Assembly: GCA_001824255.1 (NCBI GenBank)
Contig: MHWQ01000002.1
Span: 205,446 to 269,445 of the forward strand
Reading direction: 5' to 3'
DNA from: Candidatus Zambryskibacteria bacterium RIFCSPLOWO2_02_FULL_51_21
Lineage (GTDB): Bacteria > Patescibacteriota > Minisyncoccia > Phycocordibacterales > Zambryskibacteraceae
Length of the DNA: 64,000 nt
Both the position numbers and the translations under genes were made by a program. Shown here one piece after another: positions 30,945 through 40,111 of this stretch; positions within the stretch are counted from its first letter, which is position 1, and each line of letters starts with the position of its first letter. The notes beneath the pieces were generated by a model that did not search any database, was not told where the DNA came from, and saw only the letters and a program-made list of their open reading frames with translations.

Positions 30945-32204
30945 CTAGACTGGAAGATTGGCCGGCGCTTCGGCCTTCTTGCTCGGTGCCCTCACAAGCG
31001 AAGGCGTGGTGGCGACTGAGCCGGGCAAATGGAAGAGGCTGGCCACTTCTTCGACGGTGAGTATGTAGGGTTCGGAAAAGAGATGGTAATGGAGCGGCCC
31101 GTGGTAGGCCCGGCGCTTGTAGGAGTCGATGAAACTTGTCAGCCGTTCGTTCTTCCTGATATCGTTCCAATCCTGCCATGAGTGCGTCAGGGCGAAGAAA
31201 ATTGGTTTGATGCCGTTTAGCATCGTGGCCGAACCGAACTGACGCATGGAACCGATGATGCCCATGCCGCGAGTCTTGTCGAACTCATCCTTGGGAGCGA
31301 TGTACATAAGGCGAATCATGGTGTCAAAGGCGAGCTTGCCGGCATTTCTCTGGATGGACGCGACAGTATCGGTCTGCGCCTTGGTCAAGTTAAGGAAACG
31401 GAAGGTCTGGGCTTCGCCTTCTTTCGGCTTGAGCAGAGATTCTTCCTCAACCATCTTTTCTATCTCCTTCTTGATACCGGCGCGCCAGTCCGGCTTGGCG
31501 ATGAGGCGGCCATAGAGATAACTCTCTTTGGCATGGGCGCGGATGAGAATCTGTATGCCGGCCACTTCGCCGGGCTTCAGCGTGCCCAGATATTCTATGA
31601 CCGGTGTTATGGGGTCGACAATCTTCGCTTGTTCTTCCTGGTCGCCGGCTTTTTTATCAAGTTCGAATTCAATGTAGGTCTTGATGGGATACGCGTCGGG
31701 TTTGACGAGACCGGTGTTGACGCCGAAGACTTTCACCTTCTCCGGGTCGTAACGCAGGTCTAGCGCGTAGTCCCTGACCTCGAAGACTTCCGCCTCCGGG
31801 TATTGGGCGTAAATTCTTGACTCGATGATTTTCTTCCACCTCGGGAAGGCCCAGATGAAGAATCTCACCTGCCCGCCGATGGAAACGATTTCGAGCGAGA
31901 ACCATTCGCGCATTTTGCCCTCCCAAAAAGCGTCGGCCGGAGTGGAAATGTTGGCGTTCTCCCAGATGCCCTGGAGCACGAGCTCCATGGCCGCCGGGGA
32001 CTTCGTCACCTCCTTCGGCAGTCTTATCTCGAGTAGAATCGAGCCCTGCTGGCTGACCCAGAGCCGGCGGATGTACCTGAGCCAGGTGGTCCAGGCGAGA
32101 CTTATGAGAATCAGCGGCACCCAGACCGGCCAAGCGGAGAAAAAGAAACCAATAGCCCGCGAGAGCACCTCCTGATTGAAAGGGTTGGCTAAGTCTTCGA
32201 ACAT
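30945..32204 (-). CDS. Conserved hypothetical membrane-anchored protein
   Basis: TM followed by LEIRLPKE, FSLEIVS, YAQYP, YPIKTY, EEVASLFHLP; resembles the N-terminal region of CPR secretion/conjugation-type ATPases but has no Walker motifs (from memory, unverified). Confidence 0.6.
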   Translation of the reverse strand: MFEDLANPFNQEVLSRAIGFFFSAWPVWVPLILISLAWTTWLRYIRRLWVSQQGSILLEIRLPKEVTKSPAAMELVLQGIWENANISTPADAFWEGKMREWFSLEIVSIGGQVRFFIWAFPRWKKIIESRIYAQYPEAEVFEVRDYALDLRYDPEKVKVFGVNTGLVKPDAYPIKTYIEFELDKKAGDQEEQAKIVDPITPVIEYLGTLKPGEVAGIQILIRAHAKESYLYGRLIAKPDWRAGIKKEIEKMVEEESLLKPKEGEAQTFRFLNLTKAQTDTVASIQRNAGKLAFDTMIRLMYIAPKDEFDKTRGMGIIGSMRQFGSATMLNGIKPIFFALTHSWQDWNDIRKNERLTSFIDSYKRRAYHGPLHYHLFSEPYILTVEEVASLFHLPGSVATTPSLVRAPSKKAEAPANLPV

Positions 32205-32225
32205 TAACTATATTCTAACCCGAGA

Positions 32226-33260
32226 CTACACGTTTGAGTAGCGTCCGTCTTTGTCCTTCTTGAAATATTTGGAATTCTGGAGGTTGACGAGGATGGTGTT
32301 CTCTTTGACATAGCGCTCCTTCAAAACTTTTTTGACTATTTCCTCGCGGCTAAGCGGGCCCTCCTTGGCAAGAATACTCTTGATGACATCCTTGACGACG
32401 CCCGACATATAACCCCACTCGGCAAGCGCATAGAGTCCGCGTCCAACGAGAACGAAACGCTTGTCCTTGATAAGCTCGTTGTGCGTGGTGGCGACGTGAG
32501 CCTTCTTGTTGAAATACTGGGTGATGGCCTTAGCCACTTCCTTGAAATGGATGGGCGAACCATGCTTCCTGATAACGAGGAAGGCATAGTCGCGCATACC
32601 CTTGGCATTGACGTTGGGAGAAGAGGCCCGGCCCCATTCGCCGAGAGGATTCTTGCCTATCTTATGCGAAATGCCGAGCCAGCGCTTGATAATCTCATCG
32701 TCCTTATACTTCTCGTTGAGGTCCTTCACCTCCTCGAGGAAAGAGGAAATGAGGTCGCCTTCGACCACGAGCTCGTCATCGGAAAGCTTGGCATAGAGTT
32801 TCCTCAAAGTATTCTGAATCTTATCAGCCAGCTGTTGGTCGACGTGCCAGCGGTGGCGGAATTCTTCGTCCTCCTTATCGCGCTTGAACTCCTCGCCGAT
32901 GATGAGAAGAAAGTGGTAATGATTCTGGGTTGAAGGCTCTTTGGCCAGATGTTTCAAGAGGTCTTTCTCTGACACAATGCCTCCCAACGCCGTGACGATA
33001 TCCTTGAGTTCGGCAAAGACGGCCTCAGCTTCCTTGTAGGACTTCGACTTCCTGATGGCAGCGATGGAATGGTTCTCAATCTGGCGGACGCGCTCGCGGG
33101 TGATGCCGTACTTCTTGCCGATGGCATCGAGAGTGAGCTTCTGAGCCTTGGCGCCCAGGCCGTAGCGAGAAACGATTACGTCCTGGCCGCGCTTGGTGAG
33201 AACCGACAAAAGTTTCTTGGTGGCTTCCTTGGGCTTAAAGCTGGTTGCTATCTTTTCCAT
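32226..33260 (-). CDS. Sigma-70 region-4 HTH protein with C-terminal winged-helix (HARE-HTH-like) domains
   Basis: RYGL...TLDAIG.KYGITRERVRQIE; HNELIKDKRFVLVGRGLYALAEWG. Confidence 0.8.
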   Translation of the reverse strand: MEKIATSFKPKEATKKLLSVLTKRGQDVIVSRYGLGAKAQKLTLDAIGKKYGITRERVRQIENHSIAAIRKSKSYKEAEAVFAELKDIVTALGGIVSEKDLLKHLAKEPSTQNHYHFLLIIGEEFKRDKEDEEFRHRWHVDQQLADKIQNTLRKLYAKLSDDELVVEGDLISSFLEEVKDLNEKYKDDEIIKRWLGISHKIGKNPLGEWGRASSPNVNAKGMRDYAFLVIRKHGSPIHFKEVAKAITQYFNKKAHVATTHNELIKDKRFVLVGRGLYALAEWGYMSGVVKDVIKSILAKEGPLSREEIVKKVLKERYVKENTILVNLQNSKYFKKDKDGRYSNV

Positions 33261-33281
33261 TTGATTGTGTTATTTCTATCA

Positions 33282-33302
33282 CTTGACACCTCTAGTGTCA
33301 AG
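33282..33302. promoter_or_regulatory. Inverted repeat of the -35 hexamer (candidate operator)
   Basis: CTTGACAC-CTCTA-GTGTCAAG, a perfect 8-bp inverted repeat. Confidence 0.55.
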
Positions 33303-33307
33303 CATCA

Positions 33308-36067
33308 TCAAGAAGTCACGATATTTACCAGTTTTCTAGGGACATAAATCCTATTCTTGACTGCCTTATCCCCAACCCACTTTTGCGTTTCGGGGAGATT
33401 CTCTGCAAGCTCGAAAGCTTCCGCCTCATCGAGCGCTCTCAGCGCTTCGAATTTGCCGCGCACGCGGCCGTTGACCTGAACCACAATTGTAACAACTTCG
33501 CTCACAAGCTTCGTTTCATCGTACCCGGGCCAGCTCTGTGAATGAATTGAATCGCTGTGTCCGAGCGAGTGCCACAACTCTTCCGCCATATGCGGCGCGA
33601 ATGGTGCTAAGAGCTTTAGTAATGTTTCGTATTCTTCTTTGGAGATTTTCTCTTTCTTCTCCAAATCATTTACAAAAATCATCAGGGTTGAAATCGCAGT
33701 ATTGAAACGCATGTGCTCGATATCGCCGGTCACCTTTTTTATCGTTTGATGAGCGGAAGATGAAACTTCATCGAGCGAAGTCTGGCCATGCTTGCCGGAG
33801 GCAACATCCGAAGACTTTGTGAGAGGAAGTTTCGTCTGAAGTCTCCATATTTTCTCCAAAAATCTCCGCGGCCCGACCAGAGAACTCTCACTCCAGGCAA
33901 TTGCCTGTTCGAAGGGGCCCATGAACATCTCGTAGAGGCGCAGAGTGTCGGCGCCGAAACGTTCAACGATAGAATCGGGATTTATGACATTGCCTTTCGA
34001 CTTACTCATCTTCTCTCCCCCTTCGGCCAAGATAAGCCCGTGAGAAGTGCGCTTCTTGTAGGGTTCACTTACGGGCACAAGGCCTATGTCATATAGAAAC
34101 TTATTCCAGAAACGGGAATAGAGAAGATGAAGAACTGTGTGCTCCATACCGCCGTTGTACCAGTCCACGGGCATGAAATATTTGAAATTTTCAATTTGCA
34201 ATTTCCAATTTTCAGTAGAAACCGGATTCTCAAATCCTTTCTTATCGAATAGGTAGGCGAGAAAATACCAGGAGGAGCCGGCCCAATTGGGCATAGTATC
34301 TGTCTCGCGCTTGGCAGGACCGTCGCATTTCGGGCAAGTTATATTGACCCACTCATCTATCGCCGCGAGCGGCGACTCGCCGGTGTCGGTGGGCATATAA
34401 TTCTTTACCTCTGGGAGAAGGACCGGCAAATCTTTCTCCGGCACGGGCACTATGCCGCATTTATCGCAGTGCACAACCGGAATCGGTTCACCCCAGTATC
34501 TCTGCCTCGAGAAAACCCAATCACGAAGTTTGTATTTGACGACCTTCTTGCCGAATTTCTCCGTAATTTTCTCTCTGGCTTCTCCCGATTCAAGACCATC
34601 GAATTCATTGGAATTCGCAATGATTCCTTCTCCTGTATAGAAATCTTTGCCAGTCTCAATACGCTGTCTGATAATTTCTATTTCCGAGTGATTTATACGA
34701 ATAGTTTTGAATTCCTCTTTGGATATCCATTCGACTTCATGCTTTTCAAGCTCTTCTTCTGTTACGGTTTGACGGGCATTACTCTTTAATTCAAAAAACA
34801 GCAAGACATCATGAGCGATGCGATTAACTCCTTTATGAGCTGCATAAAATTCCGCTTGAGTATCCCCGCCAAGCCTTCTAATTAATTCGATATCTGTGTA
34901 TCCGGTTTCTTCCGTTATTTCTCTCTTGGCCGATTCTACGGCATTCTCTCCTTCTTCTATGCCTCCTGTTACAAAAGTTCTCCATGGAACTTTTTTCCAT
35001 TTCAGAGTGAGATACTTCTCCGTTTTTGGATCATAAACAATGCTTAAGGTGACTTTTCGCGCCACAATATCTTTGCCGTTTTGATGCGGATTGGTGGAAT
35101 CCGGCAGGCGCGGCGTTATCACGTGCTTAATCGGCAAATCGTGCTTCTTGGCGAACTCATAGTCGCGCTCGTCGTGCGCGGGCACCCCCATAATGGCTCC
35201 GGTGCCGTAGTCGAAGTAAACATATTCCGCTTCCCAGACGGGAATTTTTTCCCTGGTCGCGGGATTAATTGCGTAATCTCCAGTAAATTTGTCTTCTTTA
35301 CCCGCCTTGACCAAGAAAGTAGCACCGAAGATTGTGTCCGGCCGAGTCGTGAATACTTCTATATCATCAAATTTGATAAGCGCGCCTTCCGACTTCCCTA
35401 TCCAGTTCTTCTGCTGAACTTTGACCCGCTCCGGATAATCCACGGTGTCGAGGTCAGCCAGAAGTTTGTCGGCATACTTAGTGATGGCGAGCATCCATTG
35501 CTCTTTTTCCCGCTGTTCCACCGGCGTGCCACAGCGCTCGCACTTGCCGTCCACCACTTCTTCGTTGGCGAGGCCAATCTTATCCTTCGGACACCAGTTG
35601 ATGGGAATCTTCGCCTTGTACGCGAGTCCATGCTCAAGAAACTTCAAGAAGAGCCATTGAGTCCATTTGTAATACTTGGGGTCAGTCGTGTTAATCTCGC
35701 GCGACCAGTCGAAGGAGATGCCGAGCGACTGAATCTGCCTGCGAAAAGTGTCTGTGTTTTCCTTCGTAATTTCTGCGGGCGGACGGCCTGTTTTGATAGC
35801 GTAATTCTCCGTCGGCAAACCGAAAGCGTCCCAGCCGATGGGATAGAGTACATTCTTGCCTTCCATCCTTTTCTTCCTCGCAATGATATCCATGCCGATG
35901 TACGGGCGAGGATGTCCCACATGAAGACCGTCTCCGGATGGATACGGAAATTCTATAAGCGCGTAATATTTTTGCTTAGAAGAATTATCTTCTGCATTGT
36001 ATAGGCCATCTTTCTCCCATTCCTTCTGCCACTTAGACTCTATCTGTTTCGGGTCGTATTCTGTCAT
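33308..36067 (-). CDS. leuS: Leucine--tRNA ligase with inserted NUDIX domain
   Basis: FPYPSGDGLHVGH, TTRPDT, GTGAIMGVPAHD, SRQRYWG, KMSKS; Nudix box at 34898-34966. Confidence 0.95.
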   Translation of the reverse strand: MTEYDPKQIESKWQKEWEKDGLYNAEDNSSKQKYYALIEFPYPSGDGLHVGHPRPYIGMDIIARKKRMEGKNVLYPIGWDAFGLPTENYAIKTGRPPAEITKENTDTFRRQIQSLGISFDWSREINTTDPKYYKWTQWLFLKFLEHGLAYKAKIPINWCPKDKIGLANEEVVDGKCERCGTPVEQREKEQWMLAITKYADKLLADLDTVDYPERVKVQQKNWIGKSEGALIKFDDIEVFTTRPDTIFGATFLVKAGKEDKFTGDYAINPATREKIPVWEAEYVYFDYGTGAIMGVPAHDERDYEFAKKHDLPIKHVITPRLPDSTNPHQNGKDIVARKVTLSIVYDPKTEKYLTLKWKKVPWRTFVTGGIEEGENAVESAKREITEETGYTDIELIRRLGGDTQAEFYAAHKGVNRIAHDVLLFFELKSNARQTVTEEELEKHEVEWISKEEFKTIRINHSEIEIIRQRIETGKDFYTGEGIIANSNEFDGLESGEAREKITEKFGKKVVKYKLRDWVFSRQRYWGEPIPVVHCDKCGIVPVPEKDLPVLLPEVKNYMPTDTGESPLAAIDEWVNITCPKCDGPAKRETDTMPNWAGSSWYFLAYLFDKKGFENPVSTENWKLQIENFKYFMPVDWYNGGMEHTVLHLLYSRFWNKFLYDIGLVPVSEPYKKRTSHGLILAEGGEKMSKSKGNVINPDSIVERFGADTLRLYEMFMGPFEQAIAWSESSLVGPRRFLEKIWRLQTKLPLTKSSDVASGKHGQTSLDEVSSSAHQTIKKVTGDIEHMRFNTAISTLMIFVNDLEKKEKISKEEYETLLKLLAPFAPHMAEELWHSLGHSDSIHSQSWPGYDETKLVSEVVTIVVQVNGRVRGKFEALRALDEAEAFELAENLPETQKWVGDKAVKNRIYVPRKLVNIVTS

Positions 36068-36596
36068 TGAATTTTTTCATCGCTATCCAGAAGAGGATGC
36101 TCAGCGCGATGGCGAGTATTACAACTCTCGCCCAATTGTCCGCCGAGCCCCAGTAGCGCACGGATGCGACGAGAAATGAGAGAAGACCTGCAAGCGAGAG
36201 ACCGCCCGTGATCACTGTATTACCTGCGAAGAAGTTGCCTGCCGCTACCGAGAACGCACCGAGCACCACGAGCACTATGAAGACATTTCTGTTGTAACTT
36301 TTGTTAGCCGCGTCAAACTCTTGTCGGCAAGAGTACTGTAGGTCGCAATAACCGCGCGGTTCTGTAAATCCGGCCGGGACGGGCTTGCCATATCCGGGAT
36401 TGGTCGTCCACTGGCCACCTTGTGCTACACAAGTACTCTGAGTCTCGGGAATATTCACCACTTGTTCGCTCTTGCAGAAGTTCTCGTACTGGGGGCTCTT
36501 GTAAGCGAGCGAGAGCGCATAGTTGAAGAAGAGATTGAGCACAATCATGATGCCCAAAATGACCGACCAGCGCCCGATGCGATTGGATGTATTCAT
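36033..36596 (-). CDS. Hypothetical membrane protein with Cys-containing loop
   Basis: N-terminal TM, four Cys, three C-terminal TMs. Confidence 0.7.
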   Translation of the reverse strand: MNTSNRIGRWSVILGIMIVLNLFFNYALSLAYKSPQYENFCKSEQVVNIPETQSTCVAQGGQWTTNPGYGKPVPAGFTEPRGYCDLQYSCRQEFDAANKSYNRNVFIVLVVLGAFSVAAGNFFAGNTVITGGLSLAGLLSFLVASVRYWGSADNWARVVILAIALSILFWIAMKKFNDRIRPETDRV

Positions 36597-36619
36597 ATAG
36601 CTATTCTAGCAGAATTGAG

Positions 36620-37438
36620 CTAAATCAAAAACTCCAAGACGTCGCCGTCTTGGACGATGTATTCTTTGCCTTCGATACGTACCCAGCCCTTGGCGCGGGC
36701 GGCAGCGTAAGAGCCGGCTTCCAGAAGCTTGTCCCAATGAATCACTTCGGCCCTGATGAACTTCTCCATGAAGTCGGTATGTATTGATTTTCCGGCAAAA
36801 GGCGCTGTGGCTCCCCTCTTCGTTGTCCAGGCGCGGGACTCTTTTTCTCCGGTGGTAAAGAAAGTGATAAGGTCGAGCAGTTTGTAGGCCTCTGTAATGA
36901 GTTTGTCAAGACCGGTGCCGAAAATGGGATCAATCTCCACATACGGCCCGGGAATCTGGTCGAGCACGTCGCGCTTGTTCTCGGAGGCCTCGGAAGTATT
37001 CACTACATAAAGAATCGGCTTATCGATGCCCGCGGCCTTGAGCTCCAGATTGATAATTTCTATATCGAAGAGCGGGTCAATTTTGTCGTGAACGTGAATG
37101 ATTTCTTTGTCTTCAAATATTCTCACCACCTCGATAATGGCATCAACCTCGCGGATATGAGAAAGGAATTTATTGCCCAGTCCCTCGCCTTCCGACGCGC
37201 CCCTGACAAGACCGGCGATATCGACAAATTCGACAACCGCGGGAATAGTTTTTTTAGACTTAGAGAGCGCCGAGAGTTTATCAAGTCGCTCGTCTGGCAC
37301 CGGCACAATGCCGACCGAGGGGTCGATAGTGCAAAAAGGATAATTCTCCGCCGGCACGCCCTTCTTCGTCAGCGCGTTAAACAACGTTGATTTGCCAACA
37401 TTGGGTAGACCTACAATACCGACAGACAGCTTGGACAT
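36620..37438 (-). CDS. ychF: Redox-regulated ATPase YchF (shortened)
   Basis: [25 protein letters not shown] domain IHTDF...VQDGD; start at MSKLS. Confidence 0.92.
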   Translation of the reverse strand: MSKLSVGIVGLPNVGKSTLFNALTKKGVPAENYPFCTIDPSVGIVPVPDERLDKLSALSKSKKTIPAVVEFVDIAGLVRGASEGEGLGNKFLSHIREVDAIIEVVRIFEDKEIIHVHDKIDPLFDIEIINLELKAAGIDKPILYVVNTSEASENKRDVLDQIPGPYVEIDPIFGTGLDKLITEAYKLLDLITFFTTGEKESRAWTTKRGATAPFAGKSIHTDFMEKFIRAEVIHWDKLLEAGSYAAARAKGWVRIEGKEYIVQDGDVLEFLI

Positions 37439-37474
37439 TAGAAAATTAGAATAGCTTAAATACCGAAACAAAAC

Positions 37475-37500
37475 AAAAGCGCCACGATGTTCCGTGGCGC
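37475..37500 (-). terminator. Terminator of orphan ORF
   Basis: GCGCCACG-6-CGTGGCGC with a T-run on the minus strand. Confidence 0.7.
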
Positions 37501-37520
37501 CCTGCTTCGTGAATGGGTAA

Positions 37521-37769
37521 CTAAAGTCCAGTCACCCAGGCGCGCTCGAACCACTCACCCGCAAGATCCTGCCTCGTCCCGTTTGGAACTTCGACAGTTA
37601 CCATGTAGGGAGCGACCGACGGCTTGCCGATGTCGCTGGTCCAGAGTCTGAGACCGACCACTTTGAATGGCCCTTCTCCATACCTCTGGATCATGTCGGG
37701 CAGGATAGATGGGTAGACCTCTCGATCCCACACCACCATTTCGCCCAACTTCAGGTCGTTCAGCACCAT
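37521..37769 (-). CDS. Small orphan hypothetical protein (82 aa)
   Basis: GGAGGT SD, own promoter and terminator. Confidence 0.75.
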   Translation of the reverse strand: MVLNDLKLGEMVVWDREVYPSILPDMIQRYGEGPFKVVGLRLWTSDIGKPSVAPYMVTVEVPNGTRQDLAGEWFERAWVTGL

Positions 37770-37786
37770 GTGTACCTCCAATTACT

Positions 37787-37815
37787 ATCTTAGCACAAAG
37801 TGCTTGATTTGTCAA
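37787..37815 (-). promoter_or_regulatory. Sigma70 promoter with extended -10
   Basis: TTGACA-17-TAAGAT, preceded by TG. Confidence 0.75.
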
Positions 37816-37849
37816 ACGGCGTATGGTGAACTTGCCGAACTATAAGGCG

Positions 37850-37872
37850 AGGCCCCGCAAAATGCGGGGCCT
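37850..37872. terminator. Hairpin after orphan ORF
   Basis: AGGCCCCGCA-AAA-TGCGGGGCCT. Confidence 0.65.
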
Positions 37873-37879
37873 GATTCCG

Positions 37880-38137
37880 TTACTGTATGTGCTGGATGAA
37901 CAGAAGCGAAGGGTCTTCCGGCTGGGGAAGCGCGACGAGCTTCCGCATACCGAGAGCGGAGTCGAGCGAGTCGAGCATCTGGTCCAGGGTGTAAGACTCG
38001 CCTTCCTCCTCTCCCGCGAACTTTACCCTCACAAGTTCGCCGGCACCTGGCAAGAATGCATCCAGCCAGTATTTCTTCTCCTTCTTACCGTTCTCCGAGC
38101 ACGAAACGACAATTAACTGCCCAGCCTGGAATTCCAT
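37880..38137 (-). CDS. Small orphan hypothetical protein (85 aa)
   Basis: GGAGGA SD, ATG, downstream hairpin. Confidence 0.7.
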   Translation of the reverse strand: MEFQAGQLIVVSCSENGKKEKKYWLDAFLPGAGELVRVKFAGEEEGESYTLDQMLDSLDSALGMRKLVALPQPEDPSLLFIQHIQ

Positions 38138-38164
38138 ATTTCCTCCACTGCAAGGCGTAAAGGT

Positions 38165-38737
38165 CTAATTCGCTTTCCAGCCGAAATTATACACCTTTCT
38201 CTTGATGCGCTCGCGACGACCGGTCGAGCCAAAGTGTTTGAGGTATCCGAATTTCTTAACTCTGACCTTAAATCCGGCGAACCAGAGAATCGCCCGGGCG
38301 ATTTCGTTCGAGGTGTCGCCGAAGAGGATGTAGGCGGCGAAGGGAATATTGTCAGAAGTGATTACGACTCTCGCTGTCTTGCCTTTGTGGAGCTTCTTCC
38401 AGGTGAAGCTCGATGTAAATTTGTACGCAAATCCCGGCAGCCACGCACGGTCGAAAATACCTTTGAGAAGTGCCGGCATAGTGGACCACCAAGTGGGATA
38501 GAAGATAACGAAATGTTCGCACCAAGCCACGTTCTCCTGAAACGCCTTGAGGTCCGGCTCAAGCTCTTGGATGCTTCTGTAGCCGTGGCGAAGAATCGGG
38601 TCGAACTGCATTTCGCCCAGATTCATCCTCCGCACTTCGTGCCCCACCTCCTCCGCCCCGCGCTGATACTCATCGGCCAGAGTGCAGTTGAAGCTGTCAG
38701 CATCCGGATGTCCCAAGAGAATGAAAATTTTTTTCAT
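38165..38737 (-). CDS. Flavodoxin-like NAD(P)H-dependent oxidoreductase
   Basis: GHPDADSFN, YPTWW.TMPALLKG.FDR. Confidence 0.88.
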   Translation of the reverse strand: MKKIFILLGHPDADSFNCTLADEYQRGAEEVGHEVRRMNLGEMQFDPILRHGYRSIQELEPDLKAFQENVAWCEHFVIFYPTWWSTMPALLKGIFDRAWLPGFAYKFTSSFTWKKLHKGKTARVVITSDNIPFAAYILFGDTSNEIARAILWFAGFKVRVKKFGYLKHFGSTGRRERIKRKVYNFGWKAN

Positions 38738-38964
38738 TGGCGGAGAAGTTTCTGCAGTTCCGCCTGATTCTCCCGCATCACGGCCATAGTCGCGGCCATT
38801 TCGCTCTCGCCCCGCTTGGTGCGCGCCTTAATCTCATCACCTATTCTTTTGAAAAAATCTGGATTCTTCTCCATCGCGCCCATGAGCATGTCGCGCTGAG
38901 CCTCCGGCACATCCTTTAATTTGTGCTTCAGAGCCTGCTTTAGAAAGAAATCTTTTATTCCCAT
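38734..38964 (-). CDS. Small helical hypothetical protein
   Basis: TATAAT-6 nt-ATG; overlaps the start of the next gene by 4 nt. Confidence 0.75.
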   Translation of the reverse strand: MGIKDFFLKQALKHKLKDVPEAQRDMLMGAMEKNPDFFKRIGDEIKARTKRGESEMAATMAVMRENQAELQKLLRQ

Positions 38965-38971
38965 GGCGGTA

Positions 38972-39664
38972 TTATACCTTCAAATAATGTTTCAGAGTAA
39001 ATATCCAGTCTTCGTCGGTATCCTGACCCGCTGAGAGCATCGTATTCAATAGCCATTCCATGTACCTTCTGTCAGTTTGAAGCACCTCCGCGACTGGTTT
39101 GCCCTTGTACTTGCCGAAGATAAAGTTCTTGAAAAGGGTCGGGCGGGAAGAAATCTTTATCAGCTCTTCAATATCCGGCAGCTTTTTATAAAGACGCTGG
39201 AAAACCGCTTCCAAGACTCTTACGTCCTCCTCGGCGTCATGCGCTCCGCCGTCTATCTCAAGGTCGAGATAGTAGCGCAGGAATTGCAGATTGTATTCGG
39301 GAATTTTATTCTCGCCATCCAAGTGCCGCGCGACCCGCAGAGTGTCGATGAAGCGCGGCACTTCCAAGCCCTCCGCCTTGAGCATGGCAATGTCGAAGAG
39401 AGCGTTGTGAGCGACCATGACGCCGTTTTTTAAAAGTTCCGCCAACTCCTTCTTCATCTCGCTGTCTTCGAACGCCGGCTTGTCATCAAGCATCTTGTTG
39501 GTGATATGGGTAACACTCATCGCTTTGACCGATATGGGAACAGGCGGCTTGAAATATGCCGTCCCAACTCCACCCTTCTCGGTTTTATAGGAAACTTGAA
39601 CGAGCCGGTCTTTCGCCGGCTCGTTCCCGGTAGCTTCGGTATCGAGAAAAATCAGTTTGTCCAT
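38972..39664 (-). CDS. DEDDh 3'-5' exonuclease (ExoX-like)
   Basis: FLDTEATG, AHNALFD, AHDA..D, C-terminal FGKYKG. Confidence 0.88.
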   Translation of the reverse strand: MDKLIFLDTEATGNEPAKDRLVQVSYKTEKGGVGTAYFKPPVPISVKAMSVTHITNKMLDDKPAFEDSEMKKELAELLKNGVMVAHNALFDIAMLKAEGLEVPRFIDTLRVARHLDGENKIPEYNLQFLRYYLDLEIDGGAHDAEEDVRVLEAVFQRLYKKLPDIEELIKISSRPTLFKNFIFGKYKGKPVAEVLQTDRRYMEWLLNTMLSAGQDTDEDWIFTLKHYLKV

Positions 39665-39670
39665 TGCTAC

Positions 39671-39705
39671 TAGCTTACAGCTTTTAGCTTATAGCTTCTA
39701 GCGAT
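39671..39705. repeat. Heptamer tandem repeat (intergenic)
   Basis: TAGCTTA CAGCTTT TAGCTTA TAGCTTC TAGCGAT. Confidence 0.75.
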
Positions 39706-39758
39706 TTGACACACACGTAAAAATATTATAATTTATCCAACGGAAGGGAGCTGAATCC

Positions 39759-40064
39759 ATGGCTGAAGAAAAGCGTCCGTGCCACGAAGTCCTCTCGTCA
39801 ATGCTCAGTTTGATGGCTAACAATGCCTACAACGAGAAAGACGAGGTGAAAACCGTCCTCATCGTACTGCAGCAGAGCAGGTTCAAGGCTGCCGATGCCC
39901 ACAAGATCGCCGAAGATCACGCTGGGCTGCCTGGCATGCTGAGATCCATCCGCATGAGTGGTCTCGCCGAGTTCGCCGAGGAAGTCCTCGCCGACCTGCG
40001 CGGCCGCAAGGACGAGAAGAAGCCGGGGGTCAGCGCGGCGACGGCTTCAAACGTCGACGGATAG
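39759..40064 (+). CDS. Small orphan hypothetical protein (101 aa)
   Basis: TTGACA (39706) and TATAAT (39727), AAGGGAG SD, terminator. Confidence 0.75.
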   Translation: MAEEKRPCHEVLSSMLSLMANNAYNEKDEVKTVLIVLQQSRFKAADAHKIAEDHAGLPGMLRSIRMSGLAEFAEEVLADLRGRKDEKKPGVSAATASNVDG

Positions 40065-40075
40065 GTCGAGGTCCC

Positions 40076-40109
40076 GAGCCCGCGAAGAGCCTGCGCTCTT
40101 CGCGGGCTC
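40076..40109. terminator. Intrinsic terminator, 15-bp stem
   Basis: GAGCCCGCGAAGAGC-CTGC-GCTCTTCGCGGGCTC. Confidence 0.8.
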
Positions 40110-40111
40110 TT

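Noticed and set aside
30943-31179. 5' extension of the mltG ORF (372 aa in the track)
   Set aside because: It overlaps the upstream gene in another frame and is non-homologous; the TM anchor starts after MQESQ at 30942.
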